Below are positions 49,557-62,384 of a DNA stretch of 64,000 nucleotides, piece after piece (the stretch's first letter is position 1; each line of letters starts with the position of its first letter). The translations under genes were made by a program, and so were the position numbers. The stretch lies in the NCBI GenBank assembly GCA_010093705.1, contig MU006106.1, positions 1 to 64,000 of the forward strand. Direction: 5' to 3'. The notes beneath the pieces were generated by a model. That model had not been told where the DNA came from, made no database searches, and was given only the letters and a program-made list of their open reading frames with translations. Origin of the DNA: Patellaria atrata CBS 101060 (taxonomy: Eukaryota).

Positions 49557-51614
49557 CTATCTCACATTCAAGCCTTCAAGTAATGGGCAGGGATATAGAT
49601 GATGAAGTAAAACAACTATAACTTCGTCAGTTGATGAAAATATGATTGAGGGTGGAGATGAATTACCGCCCTCACCCACCAAGGTAAGGCCAGTTCCCAA
49701 CCACCAATTCTGATCCCTTGCACCCAAGCTGCCGTCAATATAGGAACCCTTATAAAGTGGCCAGCGGTCTCTAATAGGGCTGCGACCGAGTACGTACGCG
49801 CAAACGTGTTTTTCATCGAATACTCTAATGGTCAAGTCGGTGATGAACGATAATGTGAATACCCCTAAGGCGTAGCCTAAAGTGGATATACTAAGTGCTA
49901 TCGCACGAGGTGAGTAGATGATCAGATGGATTTATAGGATGGATGTAGGGTTCATACAGACCGCTAGCATCCATAGCCTCGTTAAGAGTGATATGAGTAT
50001 CGTTCCACAGAAGAGAATGATGATGCTAGATCGAAGCCCAATAAGATTTGCGCAAGTAGAGGAATAAGCTAACTTCTTTGTTAAAACATGCAAACTCCCA
50101 GGAATTATGAAAGTATAGAGTACAACACTTGCAGCGGCTTTGACAGAGAATAGGATAACCCGCCTAGAAGACACGCGTCAGGACATCCTCACTCTGCAAT
50201 GACTTTCCGATGGTTACCTCCGCAAAAGACACGCATATCTTTTTGACGTATACTGTAGCAATATATTGATTGATTGCTTAGATAAAGTGGTCACGAGAAA
50301 GATTGCAAAGCACGAATAGAACGAGGGATTGGTCGTGGTAAGTTCCTTCAAGTGGTGAAAAGATTGCTTTGCGCGTCTCAATCGACCACGAGCGTACTGC
50401 CCTAGACGAGAGTCCTCGACCGCGGAGCCATATTGAGCGGAATTTCGCTCTGGTCCTCTAGTTGTTACGTTTGATGACAGCAATGGGCTGCTTTCGGACG
50501 GCCCACTCTCACCTTGTTCGGCAGCTCTTCCGGATGTCGCAGGTTTTGGACTTGTAAGACCTCGGGAAAGTGGTCGTGTCTCCGGAAGAACAAAAACACA
50601 AGGGATGATCAGAGCTAGACAACCTGATTCAAGCCCGAAAGAAAACATATGCTGCGAGACAATGCAGTGGCGCTGATCGCTGGGGCTATGAGCGATGTCA
50701 CTTGTGAACCACACATGGTCCACGAGAAAATTGCGGTTCTGAACTTGTGAGTGAGATATATAATCAAGTCTTTTAATGAGCTACCGCTGCGCAGGTGTTT
50801 CAGTTGTGTCGGCAAGGAGTGTGTTCAAGTTTGCTTGAAGTACATTATTAAAACTCCGTGAACAAAAAAAAGGAACGGACCAGCGACAACCGCCTGTATA
50901 GGAAATGTGCGGTAAAAAGTGCGCTTACACTTGTTAGCGACGATCATCCTAGGAATTAACGAGAGTGGATAACGCTTTCATTATGGTGTTCGCACTCGTT
51001 GATTTTCCGGATCTAAGCATAAGGATTATGGCATCCGTCCATGAACGATATGACGCGCGCTATCTAATGGTCCTCGCTGTTCACAATAAAAGCTCGAAGC
51101 CAAAGGTGAGATCAAGACAAGGAGAGCGAGAGGTCTTACCAACACAAATATACCAGACAATAGCAAAGACTGCGGATACGGAATTAAACAATAGCACCGG
51201 TTTCCGTCCTAGCTTGTCAGATATGTATCCCATGGGTATCGTGGCTATCAGCTTTGTCCAGCATTAGAACACTTTGGCTATAATAATATGAAAGATAAGG
51301 CCACACCGCAGACAAGTTCGAGTGTGTATATGAGGCCTAGGTAGAATGTGAGTCGTTCCTGAATGGTATCCAACTTGTAAAAGCGTTCCTCGACATTCCC
51401 ATCCGGGTCAATGGATGAGGGATCATACTTGAGATAATGGGCTCGACAGAAGTTGAGTTCTAATAGTCGATTAAGCGGAATGTTGTTCAGCCAGTAACCC
51501 CAGACTTACGAGGATCAGAATTGTGCCAACACCCCATGGAGCTGGGCGCATGAGCAAGCCGGTGTGTGGTCGCTGCCGAGCTTGTGAGGTTTTGATGTGC
51601 GCTCGATCATCCAT
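49557..51614 (-). pseudogene. MFS transporter pseudogene
   Basis: IPLNRLLELNFCRAHYLKYDPSSIDPDGNVEERFYKLDTIQERL, GYISDKLGRKPVL, FVLPET, ILLQYTSKRY, and C-terminal ARTYSVAALLETAGHFI. Reading frames fragmented. Confidence 0.75.
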
Positions 51615-53271
51615 ATTCCGCAATCCGATTGTATCTTACGCTTTTCTGTTGAAATGTTGAAGATGTTGTCTGAAAGAGTGAAGCGTACAATAAGGTTCAG
51701 TACCTCGAGGTAGGTGCCCGAATTCTACGCTAAGCCCTTTTAAGTAGTTCTAATGGCATCGGTCGACGGTCCGCTCTAAAGACAAGGCGGGATATAACCT
51801 CGATGGAAGAGGTGGTCTAAACCTCATCCAGGGTGCTGAACTGGCCCCTTTGGATCGATTTTTGGGCGGTTGAAGACATGCCGTTTGGGCGGGGTGTGAG
51901 GTGGTGTTGTATTTTTGAAGACTCAAAAATGAGAGGCTCGAGGACTCGAAAGACTGAAAGAAAATAAAGCGGACATTGTCACCTATTGAACTAAGCAAAG
52001 GTACACAGCTAACGGAAAAGTGAGAAAACCAATCCTGGAGGTGAAATTGGTTTCACAAAAGGGCACAGATCTGACTATACTTCTAATACGTGTCCTCGCA
52101 CTGCATCTGTAAGGCGAAAATCAGCGCATTGTATTTGCTACGTTTCATCAATCGTCCCGACATGCTTATACTAAAGAAAAGAAGAATAGAAACACTTTTC
52201 TAGAGCAAGTTGAAGAAGTTTGTTTTTGGAACTGGAAAGCGCTTAGGTTCCTCAGGTATCTTAACAGGCTAAGATAATTTTACCTACTCTACGGCGGCAA
52301 TCTCATTTTAATAAATTGTTACGGTACCTTAGGTATCACGATAGCAAGTAGCTCAGCTCCCTTTAAAAAGAGAGAGTGTGTTTTTAATTATACCTCCCGT
52401 AAGGTAATTTTAGTTGAAAGGGCCGTGAACACAAAAGTGACCTAGGCGTAGGGCTAGGTAAGGTACCCTTGTACTCTCTACCTCCACTTACGGTAAGGTA
52501 TGCGGGTAAAATTGTACCTTAGTTACAAGCACTTGTAAAGTTGCTGACTGGCTAATAAGGGAAATATGTATATGCAGGAACGGACATATCTCAGCCAATA
52601 GAAAGTGCCATCATCTCGCTAAAACCATGCCGACGGGTTTTGATGCACCACTTGCGGCAGGAAGTTAGGAACACGTCCTCCCCTCCGCTCCTTCCATAGA
52701 TCGTTCCCTTTTTTTCTCTCCTTCCCTTCCAGGTGTTCACACATTCTACTGTCCTTTATCAAGCAGGCACGTTTCATACAAAACTCTTCTTGCCAAATTC
52801 GCTTCCTACTTTCCCTATCGTCGACCCTCACGCTCCTTCTACTGCCAGGCGCAACATCGTCTTGCGCTCAACGACATTCCTTTGCGCTTCCCATCCCGCT
52901 CCCTCACCTCTTTATGCTTCGTCAATCGTCAGTGCATCAGCTTCCATTCCTCGCTAGAATCGACGACCAAATTCCTTTGGCATTCCAGTCGCGAAGACTT
53001 GTTCTGTGAGTAATCCAGTTGTCTTCGAATCGCGCTTTGTCTGTTCTATAATCGGTTACTCGATAATGGAACATTCACTTCGTTCAGCCTTTCTTCCATG
53101 ACTTGCAGCCATTTCTTTTAAGCCACCTCAATTTCACCGCGCCTGTTCGCTCACATCCTCCACCACATTGTTTCCTCACTAACGCCGCTGGTCGGCCATT
53201 CAGAACTTCAGTTTCTTGTAAACTCGTGAACACTATCGCCTTGAGCATCATATCGAGATCGACTCTCAAAA

Positions 53272-54577
53272 ATGAAGACTGGTATCTTCGGCGCCTCTGT
53301 GCTTTGCCTTCTGCAGCTGGCTGCTGCTCAACCCCATCGTAAGTCACATTATATCATCAAACTTATCAGAAAAACGTCTAACCATGCTCATAGGTCATCG
53401 CGAACATCGTCACCTTGGTAAACGTGCGTATACTACCGAGGTCGTCACAGTAACCCAAGATCTTGTCGATGCCATCATCTTCGTCGACCATAACGGCAAT
53501 GTCGTCTCGACGTCCTACATCGGAGTGACTGTGCCCACACCTCAACCCGAGGTACCTGCAATCTCGGTGCCAGAACCGACTACGACATCCGCCGAGCCTG
53601 TGATCCAGGAGGCTGCTGTGAAACCCACAACGGCTGCCGTGGAGAGTCCGGTTCCTATAATCGCTGAAACTCCTGCTGCGGAACCCTCAACCACGCAAAC
53701 ACCCCCTCCGCCTGTAGAGAGCTCATCGCTTGTTGTCGAAGCCCAATTTGAAGAAACGCCTGCAACTAGTCCCCCGGCTGACGAGGGGTTCATTGGATCA
53801 AATGCTGGACTCGGTGTTACTTATTCGGTGTACACTACTGCGGGTGCTCCATGCAAGAGCAAACAACGAGTCCTCTCGGATTTCCAAATGCTCGGCGCTT
53901 TTTCACTCATCCGTATTCACGGAACCGATTGTGAGCAAGTCGATAACGTTGTGGCTGCTGCCAGATCAACTGGGAAGAAGGTCATGCTCGGTGTCTTCAA
54001 TATTGCGGATCTGGATGGTGAAATCCAGGCCATCATCAATGGGGTTGGTAATGATTGGGGTGTGGTAGACACTGTCTCCATCGGAAACGAAGTTCTTTTT
54101 AAGGGTGAAGCTTCTGTCGGTGAACTTGTCAACGCTATAAATGCCGGTCGCACCAAATTGAGAGCAGCCGGATACAAGGGACCCGTTGTTTCTGTTGATG
54201 AGACCCAGCAAGTCCTGGATAACCCGGAGGTCTGCCAAGCTTCCGACTATGCTGCCATCAATTGTCATGCCTATTTTGCGACGCACGTCAACGCTCCAGA
54301 GGCTGGCTCGTACGTTCGGGATCGAGTGGAAGCGGTGAGTAGGGCCTGCGGTGGAAAACGGGTCGTCGTCACCGAGTCTGGTTGGCCCAGAGCTGGGGAT
54401 GCCAGGGCAACAGTCCAGAACCATCAAGCAGCCATTTCTTCCCTCAAGGAAGCTTTCAGCTCCGACATGTATCTCTTCTCCGCTTTCGACGCCAAGTGGC
54501 GATTACCCAACCCGGCTTTGGGTTTCGCAAGCGCTGATAACGGAGGAGTTGAGCCCTGGTTCGGGTTGATCTTCTAG
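53272..54577 (+). CDS. Secreted GH17 cell-wall beta-glucanase/transglycosylase (Scw4/Scw10/Scw11-like), intron ~53339-53393
   Basis: Signal MKTGIFGASVLCLLQLAAAQP, KR site, Ser/Thr/Pro/Glu linker, IRIHGTDC, VSIGNE, AINCHAYF, VVTESGWP. Confidence 0.9.
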
Positions 54578-55120
54578 TGACTCGCTCACTTTCAACGAAA
54601 AAGCAATATCTTTCACTAGGTCCTTCACCACCTTGAACACAGCGTTTAGCCAGGGGCATTAATGAGTTTTCTTTCCTTTAGATATATCGCCCTCATCAGG
54701 GCATCGGGACTAGTGGGTATATGCAAGCAAGAGTGGCCATTTGGAATTGTGGTAAATGAGACAGTTCTCAGGATATGCGTCGGAGCCATGGATCTCTGCA
54801 CGCTGGATTTTCACGATGTGCAACGCTGGGATGTCAACGGGGCAGGTGGGTAAGGCATTTTGCGCTTGTCTCAATCTTTCATGCTTCTTCTAAACATCTT
54901 AGAATGGGCTTTCTGTGTACATATATTTGAATGATGCATGTTGATCTGATCACGGAGTGGTGAACAATAACCTAGGTGTGCGATGTAATATAATAGACAC
55001 CATTTACTCTTTCAGTTTCTCTATCATGAAGGTCTTCCGGATCCTTTCCTGTACGGAGTACTTCTCACCCCGTCATCTTATTATTCCTTCCCGAGCCTTG
55101 TCAATCTCCCTCAGATCCCC

Positions 55121-56011
55121 TCACCCCCTACAACGAACCAACTGAACCAACAACCCTTCCCTTCTCCCCTTGAGCGCCTCCAGCTCAGACTCCATCTTCC
55201 CAATCATCCTTCTTAAACCCTCCCTATCCCCAGCCAACCCTCCAAACGCTTTAACTCTTTGTTCTAGCTCTTCTATCCTTGTCCGTAGAGCCCGTACCTC
55301 GGCTTCGGCATCAATCAGGGCAGTTATACTGACGTTTGGATGCGTTGATGGAGGCAACGATGATAAGCGGCTATTATACTCCGCAATTTTAGTCCGTAAT
55401 AGTTTTGTGGCGCGGGCGTATGATTGTGTTTCTGTTGCTGAGGGTGCGGGAGGGAGGGATGAAGGGAAATCTTGGAGGTCCTGGCGCAGGGCTTCGAGGG
55501 TGGTGGTTAGGTGGTCGTGGAGAGCAGAGAGGTGTCTGATGTGCATGGAGAGGGTGGCGATATGAGATTGGAGAGATATGAGGGATTCCGCGATGACAGT
55601 AGGACTTGTCGAGGGTAGGGCGAGCTCAGTCCCTAAACCAGCTAAAGCCGTGAGCGCCGTCTCCCCAGCTGGCGTCAAGGCTTCCCTCAGCGTTCCCAGT
55701 AGCCCAGAGGGGTCGCTATCCTCATCCCCTACCCTCAATTTCTGCACCACCTCGCTCTCCACCGCGCGCAACATCCGCCCCTCCTCATCCGCTCGTTCAT
55801 TTACTTTTGTAAGCGCCAGTAGAGCTTTTAAAGTCTCTTCGTTGCGTTCGAAAGGGGGTATGGAGCGTCCGGGGTAATGTGATGAGAGCCAGGTTTCGAC
55901 GTGTGCCCAGTCCTGCGCGAGGACGCGCTGTTGGCGGGCTTTGGAAGGGGAGAAGAGGGCTGTGGGCGTTAGGTCAGTGGAGGCGGGTTCGAGGGAGGGT
56001 ATGGGTGGCAT
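55121..56011 (-). CDS. HAUS augmin-like complex subunit 1-like protein
   Basis: LFSPSKARQQ..AQDWAHVETWL...PPFERNEETLKALLAL..VNERADEE, followed by coiled coils. Confidence 0.75.
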   Translation of the reverse strand: MPPIPSLEPASTDLTPTALFSPSKARQQRVLAQDWAHVETWLSSHYPGRSIPPFERNEETLKALLALTKVNERADEEGRMLRAVESEVVQKLRVGDEDSDPSGLLGTLREALTPAGETALTALAGLGTELALPSTSPTVIAESLISLQSHIATLSMHIRHLSALHDHLTTTLEALRQDLQDFPSSLPPAPSATETQSYARATKLLRTKIAEYNSRLSSLPPSTHPNVSITALIDAEAEVRALRTRIEELEQRVKAFGGLAGDREGLRRMIGKMESELEALKGRREGLLVQLVRCRG

Positions 56012-56150
56012 TTGAGGTTCAGAGATGATGTAGGGAGGTATCTGATATGAGTACAGGATTGCGGTGTTTCTTTGTGTAGTTCTGGTGTAGATCCCCTCAG
56101 TTCCCCCCGCATTGCCTGCCCACGCTACCTTCCAAGTACCTTAGACTATT

Positions 56151-56210
56151 TTGCGTTTAGTTGCGTTTAATTGCGTTTAGTTGCGCTTAGTTGCGTTTAC
56201 TTGCGTTTAG
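56151..56210. repeat. Six tandem 10-bp repeats (TTGCGTTTAG)
   Basis: ttgcgtttag ttgcgtttaa ttgcgtttag ttgcgcttag ttgcgtttac ttgcgtttag. Confidence 0.95.
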
Positions 56211-56476
56211 TTCCCGTCTGCACCTCAGTACCGTAACGGTGACGTTTATTGCCTCTCACCTCATCTGTAGGTAGCTCATTACCTGAGGTATCTATACCTA
56301 CCTCACCTCAAAAAGATCACTTTGCAAATAGAAAGGCAAAATTTAAGCTGTGATACTTTAAAAACAACACGGCTTCGCTCAGAAACTACGCTTTTCAAAC
56401 ACTCCTAGCCACTGCCGCCACCCTGTGCCTCCCCTCTATCCTACGGGGCTTCTCTGGAAGCAGAAACGTCACTAGA

Positions 56477-57229
56477 ATGGCGTGGCGCAGTTCAGGAACC
56501 AGTAACTCTGGTCTGATTGAGAATATGGTTCGAAACGGCCTGATCAAGGACGAGAATATCAAGAAAGCTATGTTGAATGTATAGCCCTCTCCTAGTTTCT
56601 TATACTGATTCTTTTGACATCGGTTGCATCCTATCTATGTTACTGAACACGAACAACAGGTCGATCGAGCACACTACGCCCCTTGTATGGCATATGAAGA
56701 CTCTCCCCAACCCATCGGTCACAGCGCCACCATCTCCGCTCCGCACATGCATGCCTCAGCATGCGAGCATCTTCTCGATTTCCTAAACCCGGGTGCCAAA
56801 GTGCTTGACATCGGAAGTGGATCTGGCTATCTAACACATGTCATAGCTGAGCTTGTCAAGCCTGATGGCACAGTAGTGGGAGTGGACCATATCCAACCCT
56901 TGGTTGACCTGGCGGAGAAGAATATGGGGAAGAGCAAGGAGGGTAGAGGTTTATTAGAGAGCGGTGCAGTGAAGTTCATAAAGGCGGATGGGAGGAAGGG
57001 ATGGCCAGCAGACGCACCGTATGATGCCATTCATGTCGGAGCAGCGGCGGCGGTGCATCATAAGGAACTGGAAGATCAATTGAAGACCCCTGGTAGGTTG
57101 TTCGTCCCGGTTGAGGAGGGATATCAGCAGTATATTTTCGTCGTTGACAAAGACGAGAACGGCAAGGTTGAGAGAAAGAAACTGTTCGGGGTTCAATACG
57201 TGCCCCTGACGGATGCTCCAGCTTCATGA
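56477..57229 (+). CDS. PCM1: Protein-L-isoaspartate(D-aspartate) O-methyltransferase, intron ~56579-56659
   Basis: MAWRSSGTSNSGLIENM...AMLN|VDRAHY, AYEDSPQPIGHSATISAPHMHA, VLDIGSGSGYL, APYDAIHVGAAA, VQYVPLTD. Confidence 0.95.
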
Positions 57230-57684
57230 GGAACTCTTTCTATTGATGGAATTTTATTTCAAAGATCCAACGTCTACGAATAACAATATTTCAGCAACAA
57301 AATTTGCTCCGGAGCGTGGGTCATCTCAACAGTTCGTAGAGAGTCTAATAACTGAGGTAAAGCGTGGGGAGGATAACCGACTTAGTTTTGGCGAGGGCAT
57401 GGTATTGCAGAAGTATATACCCCGTAAGGTGTTTTTGTAGTGTTTTAGCTTTGATATTTTCAAACCTATCGACATTGAGAAGACGTGGGTGACTTGGATT
57501 GTTCGTTCTTCTTCCATCTAATGTTGAGGTGTTCCACTACGGCCTGTGTTTACAGTACCTTATTGCCAAGCCCGACTATGTTTACCAAACATCCCGCCAC
57601 ACGCCCTCTATCGTTTTCCGAGCAACAACGCAAAATCACAGCAATCCCGTCCACCGAACTTTTGGAACGCGTCAGTAGATCAAA

Positions 57685-60600
57685 ATGTCGGCGGCTTCCC
57701 CCACGCGACCCTCTCGAAGAGCGGCGACGCGTCGCAAGGCTATTGTTGAATCCTCAGACGAAGATGAACCTGTCCAAAGGTCCCAAATACACGAAGATGA
57801 CGAGGAGGAATTTACACCAGCGCCCCAGAAGAGCCCCAGACGGCAAATAAAGCGAAAACCAGTTGAGCCCGCAGAGACGCCCAAGACTGCGACGCGAACT
57901 CGGCGGATAAAAACAGAATCTGTTGAACCATCCCAGAGATTCAGCCCTACAGAAAGCGGACCAGCAGAGCCTGTGTCGCCCACGAAGAACGTTTCTCCCG
58001 TGAAGAGACAGAGTATACGAGCTGCAAGACGAACTACTAAAAGTAGAGCATCAATCGCAAAAGGTGCGCCCACGTTACCTCCTCCATTGCCTACACCACA
58101 ACCTTCCGCCTCACCCGAACCCGCAGCCGTGTCACCGACCCCATCAAGAAATGGAACTCCCCTTGCGGATATTACGGAGTCTACGATAAACGAGCAAATT
58201 CCTGTTTCTGATTCTCCTAATAAGGAGGTAAACGCCGATGACGAGCATACACCTATTCCGGAATCTCCTAAGAAGGAGCTAAAGCTCGATGAGGAAATGC
58301 ATGTTCTGGAGAAACCTAAGAACGGGATTAAGGACGCCCCTAAAGTGACGGATGCGCGACGACCGGTAATGGAGAAACCAATGGATATTGTTGTAAGGAC
58401 ACGCGCGAACGCGATGCCATTGTCTCAAGAGCCGGATGTACCGAAGGCGCGGATAGTGATTACGTATCTCATCCTAGTGAACTTTAAGAGTTATGCGGGA
58501 AGACAGGAAGTAGGCCCGTTCCATGCTTCCTTCTCCTCCGTAGTCGGACCAAACGGATCTGGAAAGTCTAATGTGATCGATTCCTTACTATTTGTCTTCG
58601 GTTTCCGCGCAAGCAAGATGAGACAGGGGAAAATTTCAGCACTTATTCATAACTCTGCGGCGTTCCCGGACCTGGATTACTGTGAGGTTGAGGTTCATTT
58701 CCAAGAGGTTATGGATATGCCGCGTGGAGGTAGCCAGCCAGTACCAGATTCAACACTCATAATATCGCGCAGAGCATTCAAGAACAACAGTAGCAAGTAC
58801 TACATCAACGGGAAAGAGTCAAGTTTTACCATAGTCACGACGCTCCTGAAGGATAAAGGAGTGGATCTCGACCACAAACGATTCCTAATTCTACAGGGTG
58901 AAGTTGAGTCTATCGCACAGATGAAACCCAAAGCTGCGAATGAGCATGATGATGGACTTCTCGAATATCTGGAGGACATCATAGGGACATCGAAGTATAA
59001 AACCCCTATCGAAGAGTCCGCGGCGCGAACAGAAACGCTCAACGAAGTTTGTTTGGAAAAAAGTAGCAGAGTACAGCACGTTGAGAAGGAGAAAAACGGA
59101 CTAGAAGATAAGAAGAACAAGGCAATTGCTTTCATCCGTGATGAAAATGAATTAGCGACGAAACAGTCTGCGCTATATCAAATCTTCATCGACGAGTGCG
59201 GAGACAATTTACAGGCTACAACAGAAACCATCGGTCAGGTCCAAGCGGAACTTGATGAAGAGCTACGGAAGCATCAAGGAAGCGAGGAAGAGATCAAGGC
59301 TCTGCAGAAACAGTATAAAACTGGGTCTAAAGAATACGAGAGTCTTGAGAAACAGACTCAAGCTGTTATCAAGGAGATGGCTAAGCTTGATAAAGAAAAC
59401 GTCAAGTTCGACGAGAAGAAGAAATTCCTGGCCAACAAGCAAAAAAAGCTCGACAAGTCTCTAGAGAGTAGCAAATTCGCAACATCAGAAGCCGAGACGA
59501 CCATTAGACAATCATCTGATGATATCGAGAGAAATTGTCAGGAGATCTCGGATTTAGAGAAAGAAATGAAAACTGAAGAGAAAGAGCTAGCTTCTATCAG
59601 AGAATCTCTCAAGGGGAAGACCCAGGGACTGTCAGACCAGATTGCCACCAAACAGAAATCACTCGAACCATGGAACGAGAAGATAAACGAGAAAAAATCA
59701 GCCATCAAGCTAGCTCAGAGTGAGCTTGACATGCTAAGAGAGAAGGATAGCGCGGGTGCTGTGGCAATTACGGAAGCGGAAACTAAAATCGCTGGATTTG
59801 TAGAAGCCAAAGCATCTAAGGAAGGGGAGCTACGAGAATGTCATACCGAAAAGAAGAAGCTGGAAAAGGAATCCCAGTCACTTCAAACGCAGATCCAAGA
59901 GCATGCAAAGCAAGAACCTACCGTTCGATCCAAGCTTTCATCAGCCAGACAAAAAGCTGACGAAGCAAGAGCTAGTCTCTCAGCAACTCAAACTCAAGGC
60001 AATGTCTTGACAGGATTGATGCGTCTCAAGGAGTCTGGTCGGATCAACGGTTTCCACGGACGTCTGGGGAACCTTGGAGCCATTGACCAGAAATACGATG
60101 TAGCAATCTCCACGGCCTGTCCTTCATTAGACAATCTCGTCGTAGACTCGGTCGAGGTCGGTCAGCAGTGCATTGATTACTTAAGAAAGAACAATCTCGG
60201 ACGTGCGAACTTCATCCTTCTTGATCGATTACCTCAGCGCGATTTGTCCGCCATAGAGACGCCCGAAAACGTGCCTCGACTCTTCGACCTTGTCAAATCG
60301 AAGCAAGACATCTTCAAGCCAGCTTTCTTCAGTGTCCTTCAGAACACTCTTGTTGCAAAGGACTTGGATCAAGCGAACCGAATTGCGTATGGTGCTAAAC
60401 GATGGAGAGTCGTGACTCTTGATGGCCAACTTATAGACAAATCCGGTACCATGAGTGGTGGTGGCACTCGAGTAGCGAAGGGGGCTATGTCTTCCAAGTT
60501 ATCCGCAGATTTCACCAAAGAGCAAGTTGCGAAGCTCGAGGTAGACCGAGAGAGTATGGAAAGGTCATATCAGGAGTTCCAACAGCAACACCGTGAGCTT

Positions 60601-62127
60601 GAGAGTGCTTTGAGGGAAGTCAATGACCAGATTCCAAAGCTCGAGACCAAGATTCAGAAGCTTGCTCTTGAGCTAGGAACGTTCGATCGCAATATTACTG
60701 ATACCCAACGACGTATCCAGGAGCTGAATGCGGAACAAGGTTCATCGAAGACCGACAAGGCCAAAATGAAATCTCTTGAGAAGAGTATCACTGGTCTAGA
60801 ACAAGACGTCGCAAACCTACACACTGAGACAGTTGGTGTTGAAGGGGAGATTAAGGCTCTACAGGACAAGATCATGGAGGTCGGTGGTCTTAAACTACGT
60901 ACTCAGAAAGCTAAGGTCGACGGTCTTCAAGAGCAGATTGATTCTCTCTCAAATCAGATGTCAAACGCAGAAGTCAACATGGCCAAGGCCGAAAAGCAGA
61001 AGGCGAAGCACCAGAAAGCTCAAGTCGAAGCATCGAAAGAACTTGAGAGCGTGGCAGCAGAATTGGACAAGTTAAATGAGGACATCAAAGCCCAGAATAC
61101 CAATGCTTCGGGTTCAAGGAAAGAGGCCGAAGAAGCTCAAGAGGCTCTTGAGATCAAAAAGGAGGAACTTCAGGCGCTCAAAACTGAACTCGATGCAAGA
61201 ACCGCAGAGCTCAATGAAACGAAGAGCGTCGAAATTGAAATGCGGAACAAGCTTGAAGAGAAACAGAAAGTGCTGAACGAGAACCAAAAGCGTCTACGGC
61301 ACTGGCAAGACAAGCTCAGCAAGTTAACAATCCAAAACGTGAGTGATCTAGGAGAGGAGCAGGAGGCCGAAGCCATCCCAACCTACACTAAAGACGAGCT
61401 CCTCGACATGGATAAGGAGCAACTCAAAGCCGAAATCGCCGCATTAGAGGAGAAGACTCAGAATGTCAATGTCGAACTTGGCGTTCTCGCAGAATACCGC
61501 CGTCGAGTTGAAGAACACGCGGCCCGCAGCCAGGATCTCGCAGGTGCAGTCGCCGAGCGAGACACAGCAAAGAAGCTCTGTGATGATCTGCGCCGGTTAC
61601 GTCTCGAGGGCTTCATGGAGGGGTTCAGCACTATTTCCATGCGCCTGAAGGAGATGTACCAGATGATCACCATGGGTGGTAACGCTGAGCTGGAGCTCGT
61701 CGACTCCTTGGACCCGTTCTCAGAAGGCATCCTGTTCAGCGTCATGCCACCGAAGAAGAGCTGGAAGAACATTTCGAACCTCTCTGGTGGGGAGAAGACG
61801 TTGAGTAGTTTGGCATTGGTGTTTGCGCTGCATCATTATAAGCCAACACCGTTGTATGTTATGGATGAGATTGATGCGGCGCTAGATTTCAGGAACGTCT
61901 CGATTGTTGCGAGTTACATCAAAGAGCGGACGAAGAATGCACAATTCATCGTCATCTCTTTGAGAAACAATATGTTTGAGCTTGCGTCACGGTTGGTGGG
62001 TGTGTACAAGGTAGGTCGAAACGAACAGTCTCAACCAACGCAGAGAAATGGCTAATCAACCGTATAGGTAAATCATATGACGAAGAGTGTAACGATTGAA
62101 AATAACGACTATATTGTTGGGAGATGA
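57685..62127 (+). CDS. SMC4: Condensin ATPase subunit Smc4/Cut3, terminal intron 62011-62067
   Basis: NFKSYAG, Walker A VGPNGSGKSN, hinge (GRLGNLG, RWRVVTLDGQLIDKSGTMSGGG), LSGGEKTL, MDEIDAALD. Last exon VNHMTKSVTIENNDYIVGR*. Confidence 0.98.
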
Positions 62128-62320
62128 TGATTCTACGGTCATCTCTGTTTTGAATGTAATATTGGGTCGTAAGGGAGCATCAAGAATATGTTACTTGTAT
62201 GGGTTCTGGCATGTCTGCATCGGGTCTGGCGCACAAACCTAAAATGTTGGTATTGCTCCCTCGGGGTGGTTCAGGATAGGTAGCATAAGGGACATGATAA
62301 TATGAGGTTCTCCGATTGCA

Positions 62321-62324
<4 letters not shown>

Positions 62325-62380
<56 letters not shown>
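62325..62380. repeat. (TC)28 microsatellite
   Basis: Perfect dinucleotide run. Confidence 0.98.
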
Positions 62381-62384
<4 letters not shown>

